Part shown: positions 12,201 to 21,859 of the stretch, one piece after another
How positions within the stretch are numbered: the first letter of the stretch is position 1
Layout: each line of letters begins with the position of its first letter
Assembly: GCA_964187785.1 (NCBI GenBank)
Contig: OZ076409.1
Coordinates: 48,672,001 to 48,736,000, forward strand
DNA from: Amphiscolops sp. MND2022
Lineage: Eukaryota
DNA length: 64,000 bases
Direction of reading: 5' to 3'
Program-made: the position numbers and the translations under genes
Notes under the pieces: model-generated
What the model was told of the DNA's origin: nothing
The model's input: only the letters and a program-made list of their open reading frames with translations
Databases searched by the model: none

Positions 12201-15200
12201 GATTTAGAGTCTGGTGAGGAAAACTTTCAGTCTTGCATAAAAAGTCTTCAGATGTCGTACAGCACTATTCCACATGTTTCCAGCCTGTATCGGGATCCCA
12301 AATCAGTGAGTCGGGTTTTCCGCCTCCTGGGTCGTGGAGCCGATTTATTGGCAGATAGAAAATTTTCCATCTGGAATTTCATGAGGGGGAGTGCTACCCG
12401 TAGAACATCATTGTTAGGAAAACTTGAAACTGGTTATCGCAAGGCTGTTTTGCAACACGATAGGCCAATTGTTTCGTCGACTACAACAACCCCCAGTGTC
12501 AGCAGGACTGGAAGTGTGAACAGTTCTCCTTCACCTGATCCTAGTCTGAGCAGGATTAGTGTATCGCTTAATCGCTGTTCCAGTTCCTCAGTTGAAGATA
12601 CCGGCAAGAAATCCAACTCCAAGTTTGCGAAAGGCAAGAAAAACTAAATGTGAATTGCAGTGTATAATTGATTACTGTTTTCTTTCCATACTTTGTTTTG
12701 TTTGATGTCTGTTTTTGTTACGTATTTATCTTATAACAGGCTAGTCATTACTGATAAAAAACAGGCACTCTCCCTGATATTTATTAGAAGGAAAAGGGAA
12801 AAAAAGAAGATGTTTGTCTGTGATTTGTTCTAATATCTGTATGAGTCAGAGTAGTTTGGGTTGGGATTGGGGCGTAAGTTGTATTTTTCACCACGTGTGT
12901 TTATGGGTTTTAATTGCAATGGAGTATTTTGGGAGTTTTCTGGGGTTTTTTGGGTATCATCAACTGGTGAAATACTTGGTTCTTTTTGAGTTTTTTGGGA
13001 ATTTTCATCATCATCACTGATGTGTTGTGGAATTTCATTTTCGTGATTGTCGTAATTTTGATCTGGTTCAGTGGTCTGTTCCACTGGGCTCCCCCCACCA
13101 TTTTTTGAAGATTCAGGGGAGGGCGGGTGGTTATTTTCGGGGATTTGAATCGGAGCATATTCAGCATCGTCAGTGTCCTGAGAAAACTCGGACGGCCCGT
13201 CTTCAAACGGGTTCGTTCCAAAATTTGTGTTCCATGATTGGGCGTATAGATCATCATTTGCTATAGGCGTTTGATCATCTTTTTGCCAATCAGTTTCACG
13301 AACAAAAATATCTGCCAATGGGGCTTGTGGAATAAATTTCCTGAGCTGGATCCTGTGTAGTAATGCGTTTTGTTAGTGCCAAGTCTCCGGACAATATAAT
13401 TATTGTCAGGGAGTACTTTTTCCACTTTATATGGTCCACACCATCTGAATTCTCGGAATGGTATTTTTGTCGCTTGAGTATCAGCTTTTGGGTTGAGGAT
13501 GTAACAATAGTCCGTCGTTTCGAGCGGAGCTGCTTTTGCTTTCCTATCATAGTAGGCTTTGTATTTGAGATAAGATTGCATGATGTTCTTCTTAGTTTGA
13601 TCTAGAAGGATTTTCATACGTTTTTGGATTTCTTCAGCCACATCAGTCTGTGGTTGGTATCGTGGGTTAGGGTTATATCCAAGTTTGTAGTCTAGGATAT
13701 TATGTGGTATTCTACCATGGAAAACTCGTGAAGGCTCGCAACCGAGTGATGCATGATACGTTGTATTGTGGTTTAGAACTGCCAACGGTAGATACTTATG
13801 CCAGTTATTCCTGAATTCGCCTGTTGCAGCTTTCAGGTGTGTTTTGACTGAAGCATGGGTTCTCTCAAGGAGTCCTATCGTTTGAGCATGTTTCATTGTT
13901 GCGTGTTTAAGTTCAATTCCTAGCACTGCTGCAACTTCATGCGTTATTTGCGCATTGAATTGAGTGCCTAGATCTGTGATTATCGTTGTAGGAAGGTAAG
14001 TGTGTTTGCATAGTATGTCCATGATAACTCTTGACACCGTTGTTGCATTGATGCGAGTTACAGGGTAAGCAAACAAATATTTTGAGAAGACATCTATCGC
14101 CGTGATGATATGGTCATAGCCTCCGCTTGGGGGGAGGTTTGGCAAAATATCCATTTGCAGAATGTCCTCTGGCCCAAGATCCCATTCTGGGCAGTTTAAG
14201 AGTTCAGTTCTGAGAAGATCATTGTTAATGCGTTTTGTTTGGATACACACTTGGCAGTTACTGACCCCTTTTTTGATGTATTTAGCCATACATGGGTAGT
14301 AGTATTTTTGTCGGGCTTCTTGAATCATCTTGGTGATTCCTGGGTGGTTTGAATTGTGACCATGTAGGGCTTGAAGAAATTCTTCTAGCAGTTGGATCGG
14401 TAAGAGAATTTGGTAATGAGATATGGTTCCTGTGTCAGTGTAGTATTTTCGTGTAAGGACTTCCTGTTTTATTTTTATTCGGGTTATATTTTGTAAGTAG
14501 TGTTGGTATCTATAATCGGACGCCAATTCGTTTTCATCAAATGGGTTTCCTTCAAGTTTTGCTCTCAGATTTCTAAGGACGATGTCAATGTTCTGCTCGA
14601 GGCGAATTCTTGCATTATCCTTAAAGTATCCTGATGAGATTGAGATCAACCCCGATGTGGATTTATGAAATTGTTGTAGTTCAGAGACGTCAGTTTCTGG
14701 TTCATTGTGTGTTTCTGTTTGAGCTTGGTCTCGAATATTTTGTTTCTCTTCCCAAAGTTGATTTTCATCAATTTCATCTTCGGGTAGAATGTAAATTTGC
14801 TCTTCGTCTACAATTCCGGTTGATTGGATATTCACCTCAATAGCTTTGGTGTGAATGTCATTGCGGATTGTCATTTCTAGTTTTTCAGTTGGGTCAACTT
14901 CTGTTCTAGATAAGAAGTCAGCTGCTGTGTTCATTGATCCAGCAACATGAGCAATTACGAAATTATATTGTAAGACGTAATCGCACGCATTCCAGAGTGC
15001 TGGTGGAATCATTTTTGCTTGAAAAAAGCGAGTTACTGATCGATTGTCAGTGAAGACTATGACTGGGAAGGTACTTCCCCACATGAGGTGTCCAAACTCT
15101 AAAAATGCGAAATATATGGAAAGGAATTCTTTCGCATATATTGACATTTTAGTTTGTGTTGGATTAAAAGTTTTTGAACCAAATGCAATGGGTGCATACG

Positions 15201-18200
15201 TTTTTCGTTTAGATTGAAGTTTTTGGTTCGGGTCGTCTTCGATCATGATAGCATATCCTGCTGCTGTGAAACTTGCGTCGGACATGACTATAAGTTGTTT
15301 ATTTTTCAGTGGTTGTTTTAATGCTAACTGGCAGGAATTCTCCAGAAGTTTGTTGAGGTTGGTGAAGGCTTCTAGCAAGTTTGTGGGTACGTAGAATTTG
15401 GAGGTTTCTCTGAGGAGTTTGAAGAACGGAGAAAGTCGTTCTGAAAGGCGTGGTATGTAGTTTCGATAATAATTTAAAAATCCAATATACCTTTGTAACG
15501 CCTTCTTTGACTTGGGGAATCGGAGTTTTGATAGAAAATCTGTGACTTTGTCCGCTTGTGGGGCGACTCCGTCTGGTGTTATTGTACGCCCTAGGAAGTC
15601 AACTTGTTTGACTCCAAAGTGACATTTTGACATGGAGAGTTTTAGTCCTGCATTGCGAATGCATTCAAAGAGAGTTTTGATATTTATGCAGAGTTGTTTT
15701 GTGTCGTTTGCCGCTATGCCAATGTCATCGACATATTGGGCACATTGGTCAGCTTTAATTGCTCGATCTAGGTACTCTCTCATAAAGCTTGAAAATGCAG
15801 AAAGTGATCTAGAGAGGCCTTGAGCAAGACGACGATAGGCAAATGTTCTACTGGCAAAATTAAAGGCTAGCATTTGGATGGATTGGTAATCGGCCATCTT
15901 GAGGCAGTGATAAGCCTGTGAGCAATCCACCTTGCAGAACAGTTCCTTTCCTGCCATATGTTGTGCTGCATCTGATAAAGTGCTTACCGGGTGATTGTTA
16001 TTGGTGTAATCTTCAGTGATGAGGTTGTTAATCTTTCTGAGGTCTACTAAAAGTCTAAGACGTCCGTTGGGTTTGCGCTGTGCAAAAATTGGGCTGGCGT
16101 ATTTGGAAAAAAGTAAAGTTGTAATGATACCGTACTTGTGTAGAAGTGCGAGTTCTACTGTGATATCATCCTTGAGATTGATAGGAGTTGGCAGACTTTG
16201 GCTGTAAGCAGGTCTGTCATCATTCGGTGTTAATTTCACTTTGAATTCGCGGTTTATTCCTATATCGAAACGATGTCTGGCAAAGATGTCGTGAAATTCG
16301 ATGAGGATTTCCTCAATTTCTTGTCGTTCGGCTGGGCCGAGTGTTGTATCAGACCAGTCGAAGTTTGAAAGAAATGTTGTTCTTGAGGAATCGTTATCAT
16401 TTGGGTTTAGTTTCTCGAGTTCTTGTAGTTCAAGAAGCTCTTGATAGATGCGTTGCTGAATTGGGGTATATGTTGCAGGGTCGCCTGGTTCATCAGGAGT
16501 AGGGAACCAGTAGGTCTCCTGTTCGGGATTTTGTTGTGGTACTTTAAGAAGTTCATTTATGTGGACTTCTGTTGTTTCTTCGTGTTGAATCATAAACGAT
16601 AACAATGCAGGGTCCACTGGTTGTATATGTTTGATTTGTTCTGGTGTTAAAATCTTGAAATCTGCTAAATGGGTGTCCATTGTAATGGTGTATGGTAATT
16701 CAGAGAAGTTGATGATTTGATAGCCGATAGCATTGTTGTTGACAGTACTGAGCGATGCAGTGATGAAAATGCTATCGTGATTTTCATATTGTTGCGATGG
16801 GGTGACTATGCCGGTGGCATTATGATCCATCAAATGGGGCAATCTGCTTGCGATGGCGAGTGTTTCGCCTGGTTGTAAGGTGTAGGTATTTTCAGCAAAT
16901 AATGGTGTTGCTTGCCTTATTGATGTTTGTGTTTCTGGTTTAAGTTGCATTGATAGATAGGGGAAGGTTAGGATACCCTGTGTAACATCGAAAATTGCGT
17001 TATTTCTCCGGAGGAAACACAATCCGATTAGTGGGTTCGGTAGATTTTTCATGATGATGAGGTTTTCTTTTAACATGAAGTCAGCCACTTCAAATTCTAG
17101 TAGTACCGTACCGATGGGGACTTCTAGTTGTCCATTTGCCACCATAATTTGGAAGTTCGGTGGGGGACCGGTTTCTTTTATTGCCTCATTGGCGAGCAAT
17201 TTGATTTTGTTGAGGTCTTGTTCTGAGATTGCACTTGTGAGAGCTCCAGTATCAATGAGACCATCAAGCGTGAGTTTTTCGAAGTCCATCGGAATGTAGT
17301 ACATGTGGCGTTTTCGCTTCAGTGTTAAAGAGGTTGAAATTGGGAGATATGATAAGTTTCGTTCCTTATCAAATTGTATATGTTCTGTGAGGTCTTCATT
17401 TAGAAGAGGTTGTTTCTCATTATTGCAATAAGTTTTTATTGTTACGTGGTGTTTTGTTTTGTGTTGGGTTTCTGAGTTTGGGTCGGTTTCGGGGTTGTTA
17501 GATTGTTGAGGAAAGTAGTTGTCTGGTGCATCGTGTAAGAGTTCGTATAAGTCTTCAGGTTGAGTTTCCAGAGTTAGTTGTTGTATTTTTTCTGTTATTG
17601 AGTCGGTTTCACAGGCTGATGTTTTTGTAGGTTTTGGGCTCAACTGATGCTGCCAGTCATCAATTGAGTTTGGTTTATGTGGTGGTTTTGTGTAAAGGCG
17701 TGGCGTTTCTAGTTTAAATCCTTTGACGAGGATTGTTGATGTTCCAGTTTTGGTTTAATAGGTTTTTTGGCTTGTTTGTAGTCTTCAATGACTTTTTTCT
17801 GGGCTTCTGTAAGGTTCCATTTGGTTGGACGATTTTCCATATTGGCTCCGAAGTAGCAGTTTTCTTCGTCATGTCCTGGGGTATTGCAATTTTGACATTT
17901 TTCGGATTCCGGATCGTCCTCGAGTTTGCGCCGTTTAGCTAATTTGGGACAGTCAGTCATCATGTGGCCTGTCTCCTTGCAGTAACGGCATTGGTCGTTT
18001 TTGAGGGTTTTATCTGGTACTGTGTTTGGGGTTTGTTTTTTGGTTTTGTCAGTTTGTTTTTTGTTGATTTTTTCAGTATTTTGTTCCTTTTTAGTAACGG
18101 TCATTTGAGTTTTGACGAGAGTGTCGTCTGCTTCTAGGCCGTTAAGTTCCATTTCTCTTTCAAGGTGTTTGACAATTTGATCGTAAGTGCCATTCTCAAG

Positions 18201-21200
18201 ATAAGCTTGGTTAATGGACTTTTTGAGGTGGGGAGGCATTTTGGCATAGAGTAGGTTCTCTATCATTTGGTGGGCATTGTCCCCGAACGCTTTTTCAGCA
18301 CTTTCTTGGAGTTCTTCTAAGAAGTCCGGAAGTTTTTGGTTTTCTGGGTCGAAAAAGAGTCTGTTGAATCTATGTTTAGCAGATGCACTGGACTCTGGTT
18401 TCACATATTTTCGGCGAAAGACTTTTAAAATGTCTTCCAGCGTCGTGGTGGGAGTTCTTTGTATGTTTTTGAAGGTTTTAAGTGCCAAACCTCTGAGATG
18501 GGCGTGGAAATGGTTAATTTTCATTTCCTCTGTTAAGTTTGGTTGCATTCGTAATGTTGTATGGAACAAGTCCTCAAAATATTCGAATTTCTCGTTTTTC
18601 TCATTTTTCCCATTGAAGGTGAGTGTATTTTTGGGGTGAAAAAGTGATTGGGGAGAGTTTTTGTTGGCCAATTTCTCGATTGCAAGAGCAATTTGATTAA
18701 CTGGATCAAGTGGTTGTGTTATTGAGTTCGTTGTATTTTGGACTGCATGGGATCCAATTGTATCATTTAGCTTTTGTGAGCTCTGTCTATGGAGTTGTCG
18801 GTTGGCTCCTGTCACCATGTGATAATCCTCTTGTTCGGATTCTTCATTTGAAAGCTCTATTTGGTCTAAGTCTGTTTCAGTTTCAAAGAAGGGTTTAGCA
18901 GGATGTTTCAAGTCCTTCATTTTAGATGCTCTAAGAGGATAGTCGTCGTTCTCGGAATCAGAGTTTTCGTTATTGGATGCATGAACTCCTATAGATTTAC
19001 TCAATTTGGATCCCGATGGTTGATTTTCTCGCATTTCATTTATATCCGACCTAGGATTAGTTACTGTGGATGCACTCTTATTAGACTTTATCTCCTTTAG
19101 AATCGCTCCAAGTTTGTTTTCCATTTCTTCTCTCATCTTTTCAATCCTATCGTTGTTCTTTTGTTCCATGATTTGGGTCCAAACTTGCATTTCATTGTTT
19201 ATTTGACTAGGTTCGGTTAACTGGTTTTCAGAGCTATTTTCACCTAAATTTCCTTGGGCAACATTACTAATATCAATTAAAGCTTCATTACCTGTTTTAG
19301 GGGTTTCTATTTGTGTTACCTCCACTTCCCTGTCTGGGGACGGTGTCTCAAGTCTTCTAGACCTTCGGCTTCTTTTATTTCCCATGTTATTCTCAAGTGA
19401 AAATGTTTTCTGGCTTTTGGGGAAGAATTTGAATTAGTCTTATATCCCAAAAGAGAAGCAATGTTGGATTTTTACAGAGGCGAAATCGCAGTTTTACAGT
19501 TATTCGAGAAAGTAACTGCACTTGATGAGGATAGGATTCTTAATGAACCTCTCTGATTGAAAACTTCGAATAAAATCCAAAAACCATGACACTCCTTTTT
19601 ATGGGAGTCATCATATGAAAATCGAGACAAAAATAGAATTACGTCCAATGACGTTATATTATAAAAATAGCACAACTACATGACATCATAAAAGTATGAT
19701 TGGGAAAAGAAACTAATGAACCCTGGGAGTCTCTAAAGATGGCCTTCTTTCGTAATTGAAATGGTTTCTAGATAACATTATAACACGTGCTGGATTTATT
19801 TAACAAGTCCTGCGAGAACCGTATAGTGACGAGTATGCGTCACAACTGGTTCCGCAGGATGCCGTATAAAGTTTTTATGAAAAGCGCATAATGCCGCATA
19901 CTCGTTACACCTTGAAACGTGTAATGCCGCATAATGATACTAGTAAAAACGCATAATGACGAGTATACGTCACACCTTATTCCGCATAGTACCGCATAAT
20001 TGTACTAGCTATGAAGTAGATTACTATCTGATGACGAATTTTGACGCATCAGGACCTTTAGAATATTTGATTAGACAATGAGATAACTCAATGCATGATC
20101 AAAACAAGGGTTCCCAATGAAGTAATGAAGGTATGTTAGCACTATGATGAAGGTCCATTCACAATAACCATATTATAAACATCATATTTACATGACTTTC
20201 GAGACTAAACAGCATTGAGTTTTAAAGCATCATATAAGACGGGTTCATCAGGGTTTTAGCAAGTTTGTTGAAATGAGTTTATCTTTCGTTCCTCTTCAAA
20301 GTTGCGCCACGGAACCATCGCATCTTGATGGATGCGACACATACATATCTTGTAAGATATTTTGGACAAATTTTAGCAGACCACACGAAAACTACAAAGA
20401 TCTCACACGATCAGACAGAAAGTACCAAGATCTGGCAAGTCACTTGGCAGAATAATGCATTAAAATTCAAGATCTTGTTCAAAGAGTCTGTGAGTTTATG
20501 TAACGTCCACCTAGCAGAGTACATCATAGAAGTGGGTGCCTAGGGTGCTTAAACAGGAGACCGTTGTCTTACTACAGCCCTAGACATTAGTTCTTAATCC
20601 CGAAATGGTCTCCTAAAAGGAACTTTTTCAAACGTCAAAGGAGGCTCCTCAGTTAGAGCTCCGTGGCGACGTGCCGGCGCACTCAAAGTCCGGACACGTC
20701 CCACAAGCCTGTAAAAACGTATCCTAACGTTTCTGCGACTCTACATACCTCCGAGGTCCGAAAACAGGGGTTTAGCTAAAGTACATTTTAATTAGGAGAA
20801 TAACGTCTAAAATAACAAAAAAAGGGGTTAAAAACACCAAACATCTGCAAAGACCATAAATACGGTACAACAGACAGAGGAAACATCAGGCGTCAGTGTC
20901 AGCTAGTCTTTGACCTGCTAGGTGGCACATGCAAAATAGGCAAACTTCTGAGTTTCTTCATCTTTTGGGTCATTCTTCGGGTTCTGCTGGTAGTTGGGAC
21001 GTCTTCCGAGGGAGATGGCACCACACGGCGTTTTCGGGGATACTTCTATGGCGGGGTGTTCTCTCTCAGGCTGGGTGGGGGTGTTTTTTTGTGCGTTTTT
21101 TTGCTTCTTTTATGATTTTCGGTACCTGCCGGATCGGCCATTTTGAATCACACATTTCGAATTTTTCAACGAAATTTTGTAATTTTCGTTCGGCGACTGC

Positions 21201-21859
21201 TGGACGTTACATTATTAATATTTGCGTTAGAGGTTTGAACTGGGATATGCATTTCAGAGGGCAATATGCAAAAAAGTGGAGACTGTTTTTCAATAAGCTT
21301 AAGTGAAACCAATTGGTACTTTTCAGGCTAGTTTTGGCCGTATTGGTCGCATTTCAAATATCTAATCAAGTATTTGACTTCGACCCTATCTCCAAAACTT
21401 CATAGCGTAAAATCTTGTTTAAACATTAATGATTATTTCAGATCCGACTCTGAGTTCAAAAACGAAATGTTGATGCTCACGAAAGAATACGAGAATAAAA
21501 CTATTCTACCGGCACCCTTTGTAATGTTCGAAATACTCTACAAGTTAATCCGTTTCCTCTGGAACCGATCACAGTGTAATCAACATCAGGGTGGAAAATC
21601 AGATGATGGGAAAAACGACTCCAGTTGTACTACAAGTGAGAGAAATGTAATCTGCCATTTCGAGAATAAATGCTCTAAAGAAATGTTATCCGAATTGGAT
21701 GGGTTGCTTTCGCCTGAAGAAGAAGTCCAACATGCTCTCGAATCAATCGACGCTCAGCAAAGCAAGTTGGCCGATATGAATTTGCTGGTTCAAGAAATTG
21801 ATCGACTTCTAATGGAACGATTCCACAATGAACGCATTCGGAAATACGCATGTATATAA
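206..21859 (+). CDS. Host TRPM-like cation channel, 3' part. Inferred exons: 206-420, 1651-2018, 2272-2469, 2765-2945, 3942-4008, 21442-21859; a further exon near 943-1115 is uncertain.
   Basis: Motifs occur in TRPM order: AKEFICHIGFQACVEEFW (pre-S1), FYMTPVVKFLIHLLSFLIFL (S1), WMRLLAFYRCSRRLGILWILIRKMM (S4-S5), LRPFFMFSGE (pore), NALMLNLLVAIFSEIF (S6), then EYENKTILPAPF and a C-terminal coiled coil. Intron phases match at 2018/2272, 2469/2765, 2945/3942 (needs a weak GC donor) and 4008/21442. Confidence 0.85.
3253..3782. mobile_element. Possible hAT-type MITE in a TRPM intron
   Basis: Short inverted ends CAGGGATGG ... CCATCCCTG; no clear TSD found. Confidence 0.35.
4355..5875 (-). repeat. 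3' LTR of element 1 (1521 bp)
   Basis: Matches 18818-20339 with roughly ten substitutions and one 1-bp indel counted by eye. It contains a frameshifted copy of the gag 5' end (ORF 4320-4862). Confidence 0.97.
5832..6851 (-). CDS. Accessory ORF-X of element 1 (339 aa): disordered N-terminus, conserved C-terminal CxxC domain; function unknown
   Basis: Open ATG-initiated ORF. Its C-terminal ~70 aa (GYCDICGKCYDQ...RAFIHG...CDG) align with ORF 60592-61353 of element 2. The last 44 nt lie inside the 3' LTR. Confidence 0.8.
   Translation of the reverse strand: MEKLQFNSDMNSLYSPISPDVVHISSESENSFSMAPGDIAQLDERFRINTTGSNLMSAFMGSTLASLYVDPANTAEQNESVSATGTQIEQDLMELLGEPQEDTMISPSSFIDSEFEEGNLFPWTLGNTPPEETNNYGRPTARVPPIQRVNPSAGGILPRPTPTYPPNYRPETSDFQHTQLSEPMEQELQRDIAPSQGPLGTVQGFNLSPAFFPIPMRGAPIENQQITVQPMVQLGFPFHVTHSTNIIMIPARERQSMRLLPTVMSNVAGYCDICGKCYDQIALETLGEYLMATEYEGETVKERAIRSRAFIHGFEAALFLFKNAGLSHPSRCDGSVAQL
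7659..7806. repeat. CpG-rich tandem array (~33-bp unit TTCCGCATACTGCCGCGTACTCGTCACTGCAA)
   Basis: About 4-5 imperfect copies visible directly, between the divergent accessory genes. Confidence 0.85.
8209..12647 (+). CDS. Antisense spliced accessory gene of element 1, roughly 1,100 aa: low-complexity N-terminus, BED-like C2H2 finger, degenerate hAT-transposase-like body
   Basis: Phase-consistent GT-AG introns 10498-10568, 10704-10785 and 10868-11538; probable GC-AG intron 8324-8577; an intron from donor 9891 to about 9990 whose acceptor phase does not resolve. Motifs: WWCRVCRVELSLMSRGSLELLSHYKTESH, LSAFDP, RPELFQLFKYSCLCLPP. Confidence 0.75.
11043..11388. repeat. CpG-rich tandem array of alternating 33/32-bp units (core TTCCGCATAGTGACGTATAG)
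   Basis: About 11 units visible. Spacers alternate between TCGCTACACCTCG and TCATCCAGCTGA types. It lies in intron 10868-11538 of the antisense gene. Confidence 0.9.
12830..17718 (-). CDS. pol: Pol polyprotein (protease, RT, RNase H, integrase), with one frameshift near 13363 in the integrase C-terminus
   Basis: LIDTGA (PR); YVDD (RT); SDAS/KEFL/TDNR (RH); H-x5-H...CQVC, QMDI/TDLG/LLER and WCGPY (IN). Adding one base near 13363 restores KTxLLHRIQLRKF and joins ORF 13318-12830. Confidence 0.95.
17709..19385 (-). CDS. gag: Gag (558 aa) with two CCHC zinc knuckles; start codon lies inside the 5' LTR
   Basis: CRYCKETGHMMTDC and CQNCNTPGHDEENC knuckles; capsid-like FHAHLRGLALKTF region; immediately upstream of pol. 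Confidence 0.93.
   Translation of the reverse strand: MGNKRSRRSRRLETPSPDREVEVTQIETPKTGNEALIDISNVAQGNLGENSSENQLTEPSQINNEMQVWTQIMEQKNNDRIEKMREEMENKLGAILKEIKSNKSASTVTNPRSDINEMRENQPSGSKLSKSIGVHASNNENSDSENDDYPLRASKMKDLKHPAKPFFETETDLDQIELSNEESEQEDYHMVTGANRQLHRQSSQKLNDTIGSHAVQNTTNSITQPLDPVNQIALAIEKLANKNSPQSLFHPKNTLTFNGKNEKNEKFEYFEDLFHTTLRMQPNLTEEMKINHFHAHLRGLALKTFKNIQRTPTTTLEDILKVFRRKYVKPESSASAKHRFNRLFFDPENQKLPDFLEELQESAEKAFGDNAHQMIENLLYAKMPPHLKKSINQAYLENGTYDQIVKHLEREMELNGLEADDTLVKTQMTVTKKEQNTEKINKKQTDKTKKQTPNTVPDKTLKNDQCRYCKETGHMMTDCPKLAKRRKLEDDPESEKCQNCNTPGHDEENCYFGANMENRPTKWNLTEAQKKVIEDYKQAKKPIKPKLEHQQSSSKDLN
17712..17718 (-). promoter_or_regulatory. -1 programmed ribosomal frameshift slippery site U UUA AAC
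   Basis: The minus strand reads GAT TTA AAC TAG at the gag stop. The -1 frame is open from here into pol (LETPRLYTKPPHKPNSIDDWQHQLSP). Confidence 0.85.
18800..18817 (-). promoter_or_regulatory. Primer binding site (TGGTGACAGGAGCCAACC)
   Basis: TGG directly follows the 5' LTR terminal CA. The first 7 nt fit a tRNA ending ...GUCACCA (e.g. tRNA-Trp), but primer identity is unresolved. Confidence 0.7.
18818..20339 (-). repeat. 5' LTR of element 1 (1522 bp)
   Basis: Direct repeat of 4355-5875, adjacent to the PBS and to TSD CATAC. Confidence 0.97.

Larger units (their letters stand above)
4355..20339 (-). mobile_element. Full-length Ty3/Gypsy LTR retrotransposon (element 1), 15,985 bp
   Basis: Direct repeats at 4355-5875 and 18818-20339, each TG...CA. 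5-bp TSD CATAC at 4350-4354 and 20340-20344. Gag, then pol in PR-RT-RH-IN order. Confidence 0.97.

Noticed and set aside
12786..12810. 25-nt purine tract as the element's PPT
   Set aside because: It is on the + strand (wrong polarity) and far from the LTR; more likely part of the 3'-end region between the convergent pol and antisense genes.
13363..19100. Short + strand ORFs opposite gag/pol
   Set aside because: Shadow ORFs with no motifs or splice support.
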